Notes: generated by a model not told the origin, from the sequence alone. Shown: positions 25,664 to 40,207, numbered from the stretch's first letter. The stretch: DNA of 64,000 nt from Octopus vulgaris (GCA_951406725.2 OX597819.1:99138001-99202000), one strand, 5' to 3'. Numbers and translations are program-made.

Positions 25664-26189
25664 TGTGTCTGTGTGTGTCTGTGTGTGTGTATGAATGTAT
25701 ATATAGCTGATGTATATACTGCAAAATATTAATTTCAGTACAGTGTAAGTTGATCAATGGAACTATTGTGCAGTAGATCGGAATGTCACGGAGCAATGAT
25801 AATGCTGGTAATCTATATCCTCTTCTTGTCCTACCCACATCCTTAAATATATAGCAAGCAACACACGCATACACATAAATACATATACACAGAAACACAT
25901 AAAAAGGAACAATTACACACACACACACACACGCATGTACTTTCATACATACACACCTATATAGAGGCATACATACATGTGTATACATACAAACATACAC
26001 ACAAATACTCAGAAATTGTCACATATTTTCCACCCTTTCACAGAACAACTTTACACACACACCCCCAACCACCAACACGCATACCAACACACAAACATTT
26101 TGGACTATGAGTCGCTCTGTTACTTTTGCTAGATACATTTTGAGTTCTATTTTCCCTGTTTGCACCAACATATATATATATATATATAA

Positions 26190-26516
26190 AAAAAAAAAAG
26201 ACTCCGCCGGTTACGACGACGAGGGTCCCAGCTGATACGATCAACGGAACAGCTTGCTCGTGAAATTAACGTGCAAATGGCTGAACACTCCACAGACACG
26301 TGTACCCTTAATGTAGTTCTCGGGGATAATCAGCGTGACACAGAGAGTGACAAGGCTGACCCTTTGAAATACAAGTACAACTCATTTTTGTCAGCTGAGT
26401 GGACTGGAGCAACGTGAAATAAAGTGTCTTGCTCAAGGACACAACGCGTCGCCGGGAATCGAACTCACAACCTTACGATCATGAGCCGAATGCCCTAACC
26501 ACTAAGCCACGCGCCC
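26190..26516 (-). mobile_element. Young full-length tRNA-derived SINE, family C
   Basis: A box TGGCTTAGTGG, B box GTTCGATTC and CpGs retained. Other copies at 47795-48130 and 51333-51615. Confidence 0.9.
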
Positions 26517-26517
26517 T

Positions 26518-26562
<45 letters not shown>

Positions 26563-26563
26563 C

Positions 26564-26902
26564 ACAGAATAGAAATGATATCAGGATTGAAGGAGTTGAA
26601 TAAGAGTTTTACCAGTCCAACAGCTGTTTCTAGAGGCTTGGTGGTCCGAAATAATGATTGTAAATTGATTCTATCATTGGATAATACCAGCCTCCCTCTT
26701 CAGGGAAGAAGCTTTACAATTGAGGTGTTGACTAAAGATGGAATATCTTTAATCTCTTTTCTGTCAACACGTCAAATGTAAAACTTCTTCCCTGAAGACG
26801 GAGGCTGGTATTATCCGATGATGGAATCAATTTACAATCATTATTTTGGACTAGTAAAACTCTTATTCAACTCCTTTAATTCCTGAGATTTCTATTCTCT
26901 GT
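26564..26902. repeat. Fold-back palindrome (~170 and ~140 bp arms) carrying a hammerhead motif
   Basis: The arms are reverse complements around 26735-26760. The right arm lacks about 29 nt between two GGAC repeats. Confidence 0.92.
26616..26706 (-). ncRNA. Type-I hammerhead ribozyme motif, core intact
   Basis: Minus strand: TCC-CTGAAGA-GGGAGGCT...AGCCTCTA-GAAA-CAGCTG-TT-GGA. Stem I TCC/GGA, stem II GAGGCT/AGCCTC, palindromic stem III. Confidence 0.65.
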
Positions 26903-27144
26903 AAGTCAGACCTTTTTATAGGTAAACACTCGTACATTGCTTGTATTAAATGTATTTAATATTTTTTGTATGTCGACTTGCTTAATTTGCTTACCCTAAC
27001 ATTTACTCCTCTACCTGCTCAAGTTTAAATCTCTTGAGCACTATGGAGTGTATTCTATATGGAGAATATCTGTCCTTCATATACATACATATATAAATAT
27101 GTATATATGTATTTGTATACACACACATATATATATCTTATTAT

Positions 27145-27220
<76 letters not shown>

Positions 27221-27415
27221 TCAAATACACATACTTATATGTACATACATATATAACAGGTTAATTATGTGGCTGTGTACATGTCAAGTAGTGTAAAACC
27301 TATTTGAATTTCAAGTACATAGTTACTCACTAATGAATACTCCTAGCAACCTATAACAAGTATTTGCTCCAAGCTGAACTTTTGCTGTTTCTGTCATGTT
27401 CCTTAAGTCACTACA

Positions 27416-27475
<60 letters not shown>

Positions 27476-28654
27476 GTGTGAAAAATGTACAAATACGTAA
27501 ACTCAGTGTAGCAATGTAATGATTTTATCAGCTTCAAACAAATGATTTAACCCTATGACACTTGTTGAAAAACACAAATGCACACATGCATGTATACACA
27601 TACACACACACACAGACACACACAAAATTATAATGATTTTGCAAAATTTTTCATTTTCTTTAATGAATGATTGGAATGATCATTTGTACAATATAACTTG
27701 AACATATCATGAGATCAAACAACAAATCATTCATAATCATTAAGTGTGTTATCTATATAACACACTTAATGAATGTACATTATTAAAAAGCCTCAAGCAG
27801 CAATTATTAGTCTGGGAAAAATCCTTTTACAGATGCCCCAGAAGTGATTTCATTTCACCTGGTTATGAAGCATATATAATGTTTTTTTTTACACAATGTG
27901 TCCACGAAAGGATTTTTCCTGGATGAAAACTGCAGCTTTTGGTTTTTCAACGATACCCATGCATTAAACATGTTATATAGATAAGGGTTTTACTCTAGAG
28001 AGGCTTCTATTGCATAATTCAAAAAGATTTATGTTTACATTTCGTACTCTACTTCATTATGAAAAGGTATTGAGTTCTTTTTAAAAGCCTGTGTTTACTT
28101 GTTCTTGTGACAAAATACTTTATAGATATACACAAGTATACATACACACATACATACATCATGCATGCATACACATACACACATATGTATGAGTGCCTGT
28201 GTGTGTGTATATATATATATACATGCTAATGTATGTAAGGTATAGATTTATATACATAGTGTTACAAAGCTTGATGCTATGGTATACACACAGATCAACC
28301 GTACTCAATATATATTGGTAGAATATAGAATATACATCTATGTAAGAAATGCTATACATTTTAAGTCAGTGTTTTATATATTCCATTAGAATAAATAATT
28401 AATTTTTGGTAGCCAGAAGTATACAGTTACACATACTATGTCACACAGTCTATCAGATAGCTTAGCACTGAGAAATGGAAGTAAGGGAATAAGCTCAATG
28501 TAGTATGAGTTAGAGCAAAGACCAGGAATTTCAGCAGAGCCCTTTCATCTTCTATTCTGAATACAATATCACAAATACTAGCTTATTGTTTTGAAGGTGA
28601 AAAATAAAGTAACTGCATTATTGCATATTTGTGCAGTGGAATGTAATGCATACG

Positions 28655-28691
<37 letters not shown>

Positions 28692-28920
28692 CGCATACTC
28701 ACATACATAAATACACACATATCTATCATCATTTTACATCTACTTTTCATGCTGCCATGAGTCGGATGGCTCTTTACAATTGGAATTAGCATGTGTTCGG
28801 TGGGTATTGCTCACCTAAACATGATGGGAAATATCACTGCCTTGTTGCATTTAGTCAGGTTTCTATGTCTGGATATCTTTCCTAACACCAACTACTTATA
28901 CTCACACACATATACACTAT

Positions 28921-28951
<31 letters not shown>

Positions 28952-29013
28952 CACACACACCTATATATATGTGTGCATATATATATATATATATACACAT
29001 ACATTTATATATA

Positions 29014-29075
<62 letters not shown>

Positions 29076-31457
29076 ATACATGTGTGTGCGTATGTTTATG
29101 AAAGAATGAATTATTGCTGTTAATCATTTGGTTTTGCAGTATGGACGTGCCCTGTACAGAAGCCGTTTTTTTAAATATAAAAGACTTTCTCCAAACTACC
29201 AGACAAATACTAAATAAGTTTAGTGTTTAGAAACATAGAAATGGCAAATGGCTAAAAGAAATGATCCAAAAAATAGTTCAACTATTGAATTTAATTACAA
29301 TTCTTCATCATGTTAATTAAAATGATGAAGCAAATTTGCTTAAATTTCAACACTCTACTAGTTTTTTAAACTGAAGGAGATTATTTGAAAATATATAAAT
29401 TAACCGAGCAGCAAGTGATGGAATTGACAGCATGCTACAGGTTAAAGGGTCATAGTTCATAGTCTAAAGTGCATATCCTGTCATCAGAACTACACTGGAT
29501 CTATGACATCTCATTGGTTCAATTGAGTCGGATTGACAGAATTCACCAATGTAAACAGTGGAAATACCATCTACCTGATGTCTGTTTTGTTAGCATTTCA
29601 GCATTGTACTTGAACTCTTTAAAGTGCTGCTGAATATCAGATAGATATAGATAGTAGCCTTATAGGTGGGATCTATTGAATGCCTTACAGGGTTACTGGT
29701 GAGCTAAGCCTACAACCGACTTTTGATCCCTGATTGTAGTTTTTCACTTCAGCTTGATTGTTAGTGATCTGAGGAGGGCAGAAAAAGTGCAGATTCTATC
29801 ACTAACTTAATATACCTTCCCCAATATACTACCTGGTCATTTTGTATAAAGGAAAAAAAAGGAGTGGAAAATCACTCTAATATATCCCTCTTAGGGATAC
29901 CATTAAGTCATAGCAAGGTGCATCTGTAACATGATAAAGTAACAACATACATGCATGCAGGCAGACGCACACATACAGAGACTCATACACACACACATAT
30001 ATGCAAACACAAACACACATATGTAATATATAAAGACTATGAAATACTGTAAAGGTGAGTAATAAATTTAAATGCGTGGTTTAAATAAAGAAGATAGTAT
30101 AAATATTTGTTGACATAAAATAGTTGGAACAGTAAGGAAAAAAAAAAAAAAAAAAAAATTTACATGGAATTTTAGAGAGTGAAGAGTGGTGGAATAGGAC
30201 ACTGTGTCTTTCGGTGTGGAGGACTGTATAGAATAGAACAATATCCTTTACTGTGAAGGGCTGTATGGAAGAAGACAATATCGCTTAGTGCGAGAAGTTA
30301 TTTGGAATACGACACAGTCCTTTCTCATGAAGGGCTGTATACAATAGGATGTTGTCCTTCACCATGAAGGATTGTATGGATTGATAAGGATACTGAACTA
30401 TCAAAGTAAATAGTTTGGTTGTTCAGTATCATTAATATGACTTATTAACTGTATTAATTAATTTTTTATAAAAAAAAAAACATACTCTCATATGAGTTTC
30501 AGTTATGTGAAGATGAAAAAGAGTTTTTTTATATAATTCATTGAATTCAGATTTTTTGCCCTTAGAAGAAAAAAAAAAGAGAAATATTTAGTATGTAGCA
30601 TCTTACTTAAATGAGATATAGGTCTCTCTCAGTCAGTCTAGGTGTTAAATCCCAAGGAGATACTGGCTGCATAAACTGCGAGAAAAAAGACAATTTGTTA
30701 ATCAGAAAAGGAACAATACTCAGAGACCTTCTAATCCTCTCAGTTTGTCGATGTATTTTCATATATATATGCTTTTTTGCAAAGCTTTAGGGTTAGACAA
30801 AAATTACAAAGGGCTTCACACAATATACAAATCAATAAATTGATTATATATATATATATATAAACATTAATTTGAGACAGATAATTTAAACTATCCTTTT
30901 ACATTGAAAATCTTAGCAGTGGTTCCATACACACACACACACACATATGTATTTGTGTGTATATGTATATATATATATATATATAAATTGTAAATATTTA
31001 TATATACAATATCTATATCTATCTATGTGTGTGTGTATATATATATATTCTGTAAATAATAATAATAGTATTTTATAAGCTTAAAGTTATAAGTGATCAT
31101 CACGCAATGACTAAAGAAAATAGTCTAAGAACGGGGCATATAAGCCCTTGATGGAAAAAAAAGTAGGTTTTTCCCACACATGTGGAACTCAAACCCAAAC
31201 ATCTTTGTCTTTGCGACGAGAATGCTACCATTACACTAGCACATAACATGCTTCATTCCATCAGGTTAATTAACTATAATTAGTTTGTAGTGTTGTTTTT
31301 GTAAAGAAACTTCCATGTGCTTTTACTGCAATGGTTCTTTTTTTTTTTTTTGTTAAACAGCATCAATCTTTACAATTCTGTAAATAATAATAATAGTATT
31401 TTATAAGCTTAAAGCTTATAAGCAATCTCCGTGCAATGACTCAAGTAAAACCATTGC

Positions 31458-31489
<32 letters not shown>

Positions 31490-31713
31490 GGATAGTTATA
31501 TATATTTAATATATAAAAAAATAATAATAATAATAATAAATAAATAAATAAAAATTTTAAAATTTATAAATATAAATATAAATGAATAATTTTAATTTTA
31601 AATTTTATATATTTTGTATATTATATTAATTGTATTTATATTTTTTTAATGTTTTGGTTTATGTTTTCCATTGTTTGATTTGCCTAATAGTGGTTTTATC
31701 TCTAATTTAATTT

Positions 31714-32060
<347 letters not shown>

Positions 32061-32352
32061 ATATATAGTATTGTAAATGATAAAAGTTTGTGATTTAGAT
32101 ATTAAAAGCATAAGGCTGGTATTAACAATCTTATGATTTAGACCCACATTGATGGCAATGTGGGATAAGTCATTTGTGCTCACATTCTTAAGCAATTTTT
32201 TTACAACAATGATCACCAGCACTAATACCAACACCCACCACCACTACCACCACTAAAGGTTCCTTCACAGAAGAATAACATTAACAACTGAGCAAAACCA
32301 CATTACATAATAATGAATGAGTGCATAGATAATATGTACATACATTCTTACA

Positions 32353-32387
<35 letters not shown>

Positions 32388-32427
32388 ATATATATACATA
32401 CATACATAGTATGTATGTATGTATGAG

Positions 32428-32465
<38 letters not shown>

Positions 32466-32470
32466 TATAC

Positions 32471-32541
<71 letters not shown>

Positions 32542-33727
32542 TATTTATATATATAATGCACAAAATGGCATCAGAGATGAGATATTCTGTAAGACAGTAG
32601 CAGGGACTAAACTAGCAAGCATTTAGAACTGAATTAAACTTATATAGCAGAAACACTGGTTACCACAACAGCCTTCAATTGGGTTGCTAATGGTAGCCAA
32701 TAATTCTTACAGTATACAAATTATTGCTCTCCATTGAGGTGTAATTTTATATCATGTCATATGAACAACTAACAATTGTTTGTTACATATTTCCAACAGA
32801 CCAATGATAGGTTCACTTCATTTCCATTATTATTGAGTGTAACAAGGGAATGAGTATTTATACAATTTGGGCAGAACAAATACTACAGGTGTTTTGTTTG
32901 ACTACACCAGTATAGTGTTTTACTGATATACGTTAGTGAGAGGTATACATACAGACACAGAAATATACATATATATATATACATATATATATACACACAC
33001 AGATAGATGATATGTATATATTTATATATATCCACTATTCATATAATAGCTAATTAATATATATGTGTGTGTGAGTATTTATTTGTTTTTACATCTGTTT
33101 TCCCATGCTAACAAGTGTTAGGTGAATATATTATTGAAGCATTGTTTAATAGCCAGATACTCACCCTGTGGCTAGTCCTTACCTATTTATCAAGTAAGGG
33201 ATATCTTATGCCACACATCTTTAAAGACACAGAGCCAACAGACAATTTGTTGATGAGAAAGATGTGAACATTGGCACTGGTTTTGGCTCAGCACAAGTGT
33301 AAGCAAACACACTTGCACACACAAACACACACATACACACCCATGATAGGTTCCTTTCTGGTCCTATCTATCAAATCCACTCACAGTGCTTTGGTTGGCC
33401 TAGAGCATCAGCAAACAGCATCCATGAAGTGGAATCAAACCCTTAATCATGTGATTTCAAACTGAACTTCTTAATCTCACAGTGATGTCTCTCTCTCTTA
33501 TGTATATATATATATATATATATAATATATATAAACTTAGTGTTAGTGATACAAATATGATGTTAATAGCAGGAACAAACCTTTTCTTTAATCACCACAC
33601 AATATCAAGCAAGAAATAAGGTGATCAAACTTCCCCTATAAAACTAGAGATTATTTTTAAGAACAATAGATTATTCTTAGAGGTGGTGGTAGGGTGTGTT
33701 GGGGGTGTTTTCAGTTTGGTTTGTTAA

Positions 33728-34336
33728 ACCTTTAGCATATAAACTAGCCATATCCGGCCCAAATATTCTACCTGTTTTAAGTTTGAACTAGCCATATTCA
33801 CACTCTCACACCTACCCTACAGTGTCATTCTAAAAATAAACAATCACATCATTGAAGTCTCAAAGCTACAAGATAATGCATAATTAATTCAAAACACTCT
33901 GAATAAATAAGCATTGCATTTGACATAAGTAATTCTGAAGGCTAAAGAGTTAAAGTCAGACAGTCTTTATTGTGATTACTGCCCTTTCTTTAGAAGGAGA
34001 CAGTCTATATTGATGCCACCCCATCCATGTCTTTAAAGTGAGACTGTCTATATAATAACCCTGCTACACCTTCTTAAAAGTGAAATGGTCTATAGTGACA
34101 TTGCCATTCTTTCAACTCTTCAGCATTTGAACTGGCCATAGCCAGCCCAAATATTCTTCCTGTTCTATGCTTAAACAGACCAGATTCAACCTCTCATACT
34201 TACCTGCCAATGTCATTCTAAAAATAAACAATCATATCATTGAAATCTCCAAGCTACAAGACAATGCACCACTAATTCAAAACGATGTGAATAAATAAGC
34301 ATCACGTTTGACAGAGTAATTCTGAATGCTAAAGAG
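33728..34336. mobile_element. Two copies of a TTAA-flanked (piggyBac-like) MITE, 33728-33949 and 34116-34336
   Basis: TTAA|acctttagcat...gctaaagag|TTAA. The second copy is homologous with degenerate flanks, and ~40-bp tandem repeats lie between them. Confidence 0.7.
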
Positions 34337-34849
34337 TTACTGCAGCCAGCCTCTTGTCCACTTCCAATAGACTGAATAGTACGGATGATAATGTCATGGA
34401 TCAGCTCAAAGACTCAACCTACAATGGAAGGAATTAATCAGTTTCTATAAGTGCCAGATCTTGGCATTGAACCAAATATGTTAAATTTTATCATCAGTAA
34501 AATAACAAGTTTCCATAATTCTGGGGGTAAGGGTTATCGTATATAATACATTGAAAATATCGAAGAATATTTCTTTAAATTATAATTCCAAATAGTAAGG
34601 TATTTTTGTGTTTTAGAAAGTCACGGGTGCGTAATTCCAACATTGAATTTTGATTTAATTAAATATGGGAACAATCAAATTGTTGTACCAAATAAGAAAG
34701 ATAATTTATCGAGGGTAATCAATTGAAACTGTTGACCTCATATATTTGCAATGTCTTTGTTATTTCCAGTTTTTTAAAATAATTAAAAAAGAAGAATACA
34801 CTGCAAATTTTACAAAGACGCAAGCCTCCTGAGGAAAAACATCAACAGA

Positions 34850-35338
34850 ATAATAATGATAATAACAACAACAATAATAGTAATAATAATCATAATAATA
34901 ATAATAATAATAATAATGATAATGGTTTCCAATTTTGCTACAAGGCCAGCAATTTTGTTGGGGGTGAGTTGATCACATCGACCCCAGTGTTTAACTGGTA
35001 CTTATTTTATCGACCCTGAAAGGATGAGAGACAAAGTCGACCATGGCAGAATTTGAACTCAAAATGTGAAGACAGATGAAATATCGCTAACAATTCTACC
35101 AGCTTACCGCCTTAAGAGTAATTGTGCTTCTACTAGAAGCACAAGGCCTCAAATTTGGGGGAAGGGATTAAGTCGATTACATCGACTCCAGTGTGTAACT
35201 GGTACTTATTTAAACGACCCCAAAAGGATAAAAGGCAAAGTTGACTTTGGTGGAATTTGAACTCAGAATGTAGTGGCAGACAAAATACTCCTAAGTGCAT
35301 TTCGCTCGGTGTGCTCATGATTCTGCCAGCTCACCACC

Positions 35339-35383
<45 letters not shown>

Positions 35384-35576
35384 GCTTCAAATTTTGGCAC
35401 AAGGCCAGCCATGTTAGTGGGGTAAAGTTAGTCAGAATGACCCCAGTTCTTGACTGGTGCTTTAGTTTAGTTGACCTCACCTCAGAAGGAAGCAAGGCAA
35501 AGTTGATTTTGAAACAATTTGAACACAGAATGTAAAGAGCAGGTACACTAATGACACTGCCAATCTACTCCCTTTC

Positions 35577-35608
<32 letters not shown>

Positions 35609-35840
35609 TAAGCTCAAGGCCAGCATTTTTAAGAAGAGTGGAGTTAGTCAATAGCATTGACTCTAGTGCTTCACTGGTACAATATTATATTAACCCCACA
35701 AAAGGATGAAAAGGCGATAGGATGAAAGTGGGATTTGAGCTAAAAATGTGAAGAGCAGGGACAAATGTTGCAAGGGCTTTTTCCTGATACCCTAACAATT
35801 TGGCCAGCTTGCCATCTCAATAATAATAATAATAATAATG

Positions 35841-35885
<45 letters not shown>

Positions 35886-36153
35886 GCAGCTATTTTTAGG
35901 CTCAAAGCCCCAGATTTTGTGGGAAGGGTGGAGAGAATTTAATTGATCACACGCCGCCTCCAGTATTTCAATGGTAAATATTTTATCGACCTTGGAAGGA
36001 TGAAAGGCAAAGTCGAAAGTGGAGGGATTTGAACTCAAATTGTAAAGGGACATAACTAAATCACACAATGTGGTTTTTATTGGCACTCTGGTCTACCATC
36101 CACCACCACTGATAATAATAATGATAATAATAATGATGATAATAATAATAACG

Positions 36154-36188
<35 letters not shown>

Positions 36189-36530
36189 TATAATAATAAT
36201 AATAAGTATAACAATTCGTAACATTAATAAAAATTGTGATTTGTAATATAAGCACAAGGCCACAAGATTTCTGTGGAGGGGAGAATGTGATCGTTTAAAT
36301 TGACTCCAGTACCTGACTGCATCCTTATTTTATGAGTCATGTTGATAATAAAAAAAAAATAATAATAGTACGAGTATTTGTTTCTAACATAGGCACTAGG
36401 CCTGATATTTAGGAGGAGGGAGTTAGCCAATTACATCAACCCCTGTACATGACTGGTACTTTTATATTGTTGACCCTGGAAGGATGAAAGGCAAAACAGA
36501 CTTTGTTTATTATAATAATAATAATAATAA
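34850..36530 (-). mobile_element. Nest of about 7 family-B SINEs separated by (AAT)n
   Basis: Repeated family-B core, with most copies bounded by AAT runs and all in one orientation. Confidence 0.88.
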
Positions 36531-36878
36531 TATTGTTCCAATTTATATATACTGCCGAAGCAAGTAAATAATAGTAATAATAACGATAATATTAAAATGT
36601 ATGAATGGCATCATGTGGTGGCAGCTAATGCCACATGTGTCACACAACAGTCAGTAACAGAATTTAATTTATATTAGTGCGCCAGCAGTTTAGGTGTAAC
36701 ATGAGATGCCAGCAATACATGCATCATGTGACAGCTGGTACAGAAGTCAATGTAAGTTACATGTATCAAGTGACAGACAGCACATGTTGCTTCAAGGGAA
36801 ATATGACAATCAGGATGTACCACATGTGTCACATGACAACCTTACCTCCAGTGTAATGTTGGTCATATGATATGCATC

Positions 36879-38337
36879 GTATGATGTACAGCAGGTTGCA
36901 TCACATGGATCTCTGTGATTACATCCAATGGCATACAACAGGCTGTACCACATGTCATATGACATACACAACACACAGATCAGCCTAAGCCAGATATAAG
37001 CTACCTCGTAACAAAGGTATAGAATATTATATAATGTAGTATTTGTGTCACATGACAGTGGCACTGAACATCTATAACAACTACAGCATTTACACTAGTG
37101 TTGCAGAACCTCTCATCCCTCCGATTCTAGCAGAGGGCTATGGGCTGTTCCTTTCTTCCACAGACACAATGTTTGAAATATGAACCTTTCGTGTTATATC
37201 TAGCACAGATGAACACTGGAAGTGTGTGTGTGTGTGTGAGTGTTTGTGTGTGTGCATGTGTGTGTATATGAATATGAAGGGGGTGGTGGCTTAGGGTAGG
37301 AGAAAGGTTAGTGATGGTGGGCAGGGGGAAAAAATCAAGGGGAAGGGAATGTATGGTAAGTGGAGCGAGGAGTAAGGGAGATGGGGAAAGGAATGAGACA
37401 GAGAAATAGAGAGAAAAAAGTGATGGAGAAAAGGTGAAAAAGAAAAAGAGGAGGAAAAGAAAAAGAGGAGAAAAAACAAGAAGAAGCAAAATGTCAAAAG
37501 AAGAGACCATACATATATTTAAGGAGGGAAAGTAAGAGTGGAGTAGGAATAGGAGTAGGAAGAAAAGTAGGAGTGGAGTATGAATAGCAGTAGGAGAGTG
37601 GAGTGGGAGTAAGAGCAGGAGTGGTGTAGGAGTGAGGGTTGGGTAGGAGTGGAATAAGATGGAAGTGTTTTTATATGGAGAATGATAAAATGTAATTGGA
37701 GTAAAGGTGATTTAAAGAGAGAAATGTCTTAGAACTATGGAAAGGCACAAACATGTGTATAATATGACGGATGTTGAGGTAAGAGATATAGCAGCAGCAA
37801 ATGGCAGAGGATCAAACTCAAAACAGTTATGTGTTCCTTCAACCACATCAAAGTTCTGTGCATTACAAAACGCTGTCCCGTTGCCATAAGCACTTCCTGC
37901 AAAAAAAAAAAAGAAAAAAGAAAATCAAAAATGATATTAGTTTATAAATCAAATTGCTATTTAGGTTGAAGAGAGATTAATTCAATAAAATATTATGGTC
38001 TAAATAAGAAACCACAGGAATCATTAGAAATGTTATCTACAGTGCAGTCAATTAAACATCGTGTATGTTTGTGTTTGCGGTTCCTTTGTAATATAGATGG
38101 CGTAGGAGTGGCTTTGTGGTAAGTAGCTTGCTCATGTATGATGTACAGCAGGTTGCATCACATGGATCTCTGTGATTACATCCAATGGCATACAACAGGC
38201 TGTACCACATGTCATATGACACACACAACACACAGATCAGCCTAAGCCAGATATAAGCTACCTCGTAACAAAGGTATAGAATATTATATAATGCAGTATT
38301 TGTGTCACATGACAGTGGCACTGAACATCTATAACAA
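36879..38337 (+). repeat. 202-bp direct duplication (36879-37080 and 38136-38337)
   Basis: gtatgatgtacagcaggttgc...gaacatctataacaa is present twice with about 2 mismatches. The second copy sits inside a family-A SINE (38098-38686). Confidence 0.97.
37712..37896 (-). CDS. Terminal coding exon of the same gene, with GPI-anchor-like signal
   Basis: Acceptor (T)n-gcag|GA, phase-compatible with the previous exon. Encodes GSAYGNGTAFCNAQNFDVVEGTHNCFEFDPLPFAAAISLTSTSVILYTCLCLSIVLRHFSL*: small-residue site followed by a hydrophobic tail. TAA at 37714-37712. Confidence 0.88.
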
Positions 38338-38440
38338 GATGGCACCTTGGGCAAGTGTCTTCTACTATAGCCTCGGGTTGACCAAAGCCTTGTGAGAGGA
38401 TTTGGTAGATGGAAACTGAAAGAAGCCCGTCGTATATATG

Positions 38441-38471
<31 letters not shown>

Positions 38472-38699
38472 ATGTTTGTGTGTCTGTGTTTGTCTCCCCA
38501 ACATCGCTTGACAACCGATACTGGTGTGTTTATGTCCCCATAACTTAGCGGTTCGGCAAAAGAGATCGATAGAATAAGCACTAGGTTTACAAAGAAAAAG
38601 TCCTGGAGTCGATTTGCTCGACTAAAGGCAGTGCTCCAGCATGGCCACAGTCAAAATGACCAAAACAAGTAAAAGAGTAAAAGAGTATATATGGCATAA

Positions 38700-39960
38700 C
38701 AGAGATGCTAAGGCATGGAGGTGAAGAGCAGGGGAAAAAATCCTCATTCTTTGCTTCTATCATTATCTGAAGGAAAGTGAAATACCTTTGCTGTGGAGAG
38801 ATTCAGATACAATTTCGCTTCATAAGAAGAGTAATAAAGAAGATCTAAGGAACTATCTCTTGTCCCACCTCTACAAGCTGTTTACAAAGGTCATAATCAC
38901 TAGATAATCCAAATATCTTGATGACCAGCAGCAAAAAGGAGAAAGCAGGTTTCTCTAAGAACTACTACTGGATACCGTATTCAATGTAACACAGCTGCGT
39001 CTGTGTATTACTTTTATCAACTACAAAAAAGGCCTTTAATTGTGTTGATATGAAGACAGTGTTGAAATCACTGGAAATGCAAGGTGTTTGGGAACAATAC
39101 ACCAAACTGCTAGGGGATGTGAACTCTGGATGCAAATCTGATATAGCCCTTCCTTTGCTAATTGGAAAGGACATCAGACAAGGAGATACTATCTCTCCAA
39201 AGCTCTTTGCCACATACCTAGAAATGGTCATCAGAAACACTGACTGGACAAAGGGTGTGAACATCAACAGCAAGCTACTAACATACCATCTATTTGCAGA
39301 TGACAGCATTCTCATCATGTACAGCACAGATTAGCTGCAAACCATACTGACATAGCTGGGCATCTATAGCAGTATGCCTTAAAATGAACAAAAATGCCAT
39401 CTGAAAATGTAGCAGAAAGTTGAACAGAGTTGGGAAGTAATGAAATCGATTATGTCTACTTAGGATACAGAGTAATTATGTACCAAAACATAGATGCTGA
39501 AACTTCAAAGAGTATAAGGGCAGAATGTAAGGCAAAAAAACTGGACAAGACCATATGTGCCAGACTTTTCAATAGCACCATCTTACCTGTGGTCTTATAC
39601 ATAAGTGAGATGTGGGCTACTACAAAGAGAGAAGAGCACTGATTGGCTACAATGTAAAGGGATATGGAAAGATCCATGTAAGGAATATCATTATAAGAGC
39701 ATATCTGAAATGAGATAATTTGAGAACAGAGCAAAGTGAAATGACATGGTTGCAGAATACAGAAAACACAAGTTCAGCAGGACAGGTCACAAGGTTCCTA
39801 GATAAGAGGTGGACTTATGCAGTTGTTGAGTGGTTTACAAATGACTGGAAAAGACCACTCAGAATGCCTGCATGATGATGAGATGATCTAGTTAAATGAT
39901 TAGGGCACAATGCAAAATAGCTGGAAGCACACTGTGACCAGCAATGTATTACAACATCTG
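38700..39960 (+). mobile_element. Old degenerate RTE-clade LINE fragment
   Basis: LSHLYKLFTKVI, KKAFN, IRQGDTISPKLF, LFADD and YVYLG motifs with many stops. Confidence 0.82.
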
Positions 39961-39983
39961 ATAGTCTGGTCAATACAGTGATA

Positions 39984-40024
<41 letters not shown>

Positions 40025-40207
40025 TATGTATATATATCATCAGCATAATGATTTTTATTTCCACTCTTCTAGTGCATTGTGGCCAGATGTTTTTCTTGAT
40101 GCCAACCTCTTAGTCACCTCTGATGGCTGTGTACCTATTCCAAAAGCTAAGATCTAAATACACACACACACACTTATTAAATAATACAGGTATGGAACGC
40201 TTAAATT

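Noticed and set aside
26440-26516. tRNA-like sequence with a CAT anticodon loop
   Set aside because: It is a SINE head. It continues into the SINE core and lacks a proper acceptor stem and terminator.
34340-34422. Apparent exon VFELIHDIIIRTIQSIGSG after ccattgtag
   Set aside because: TGA immediately precedes the frame, and the frame runs into a MITE with no donor or homology.
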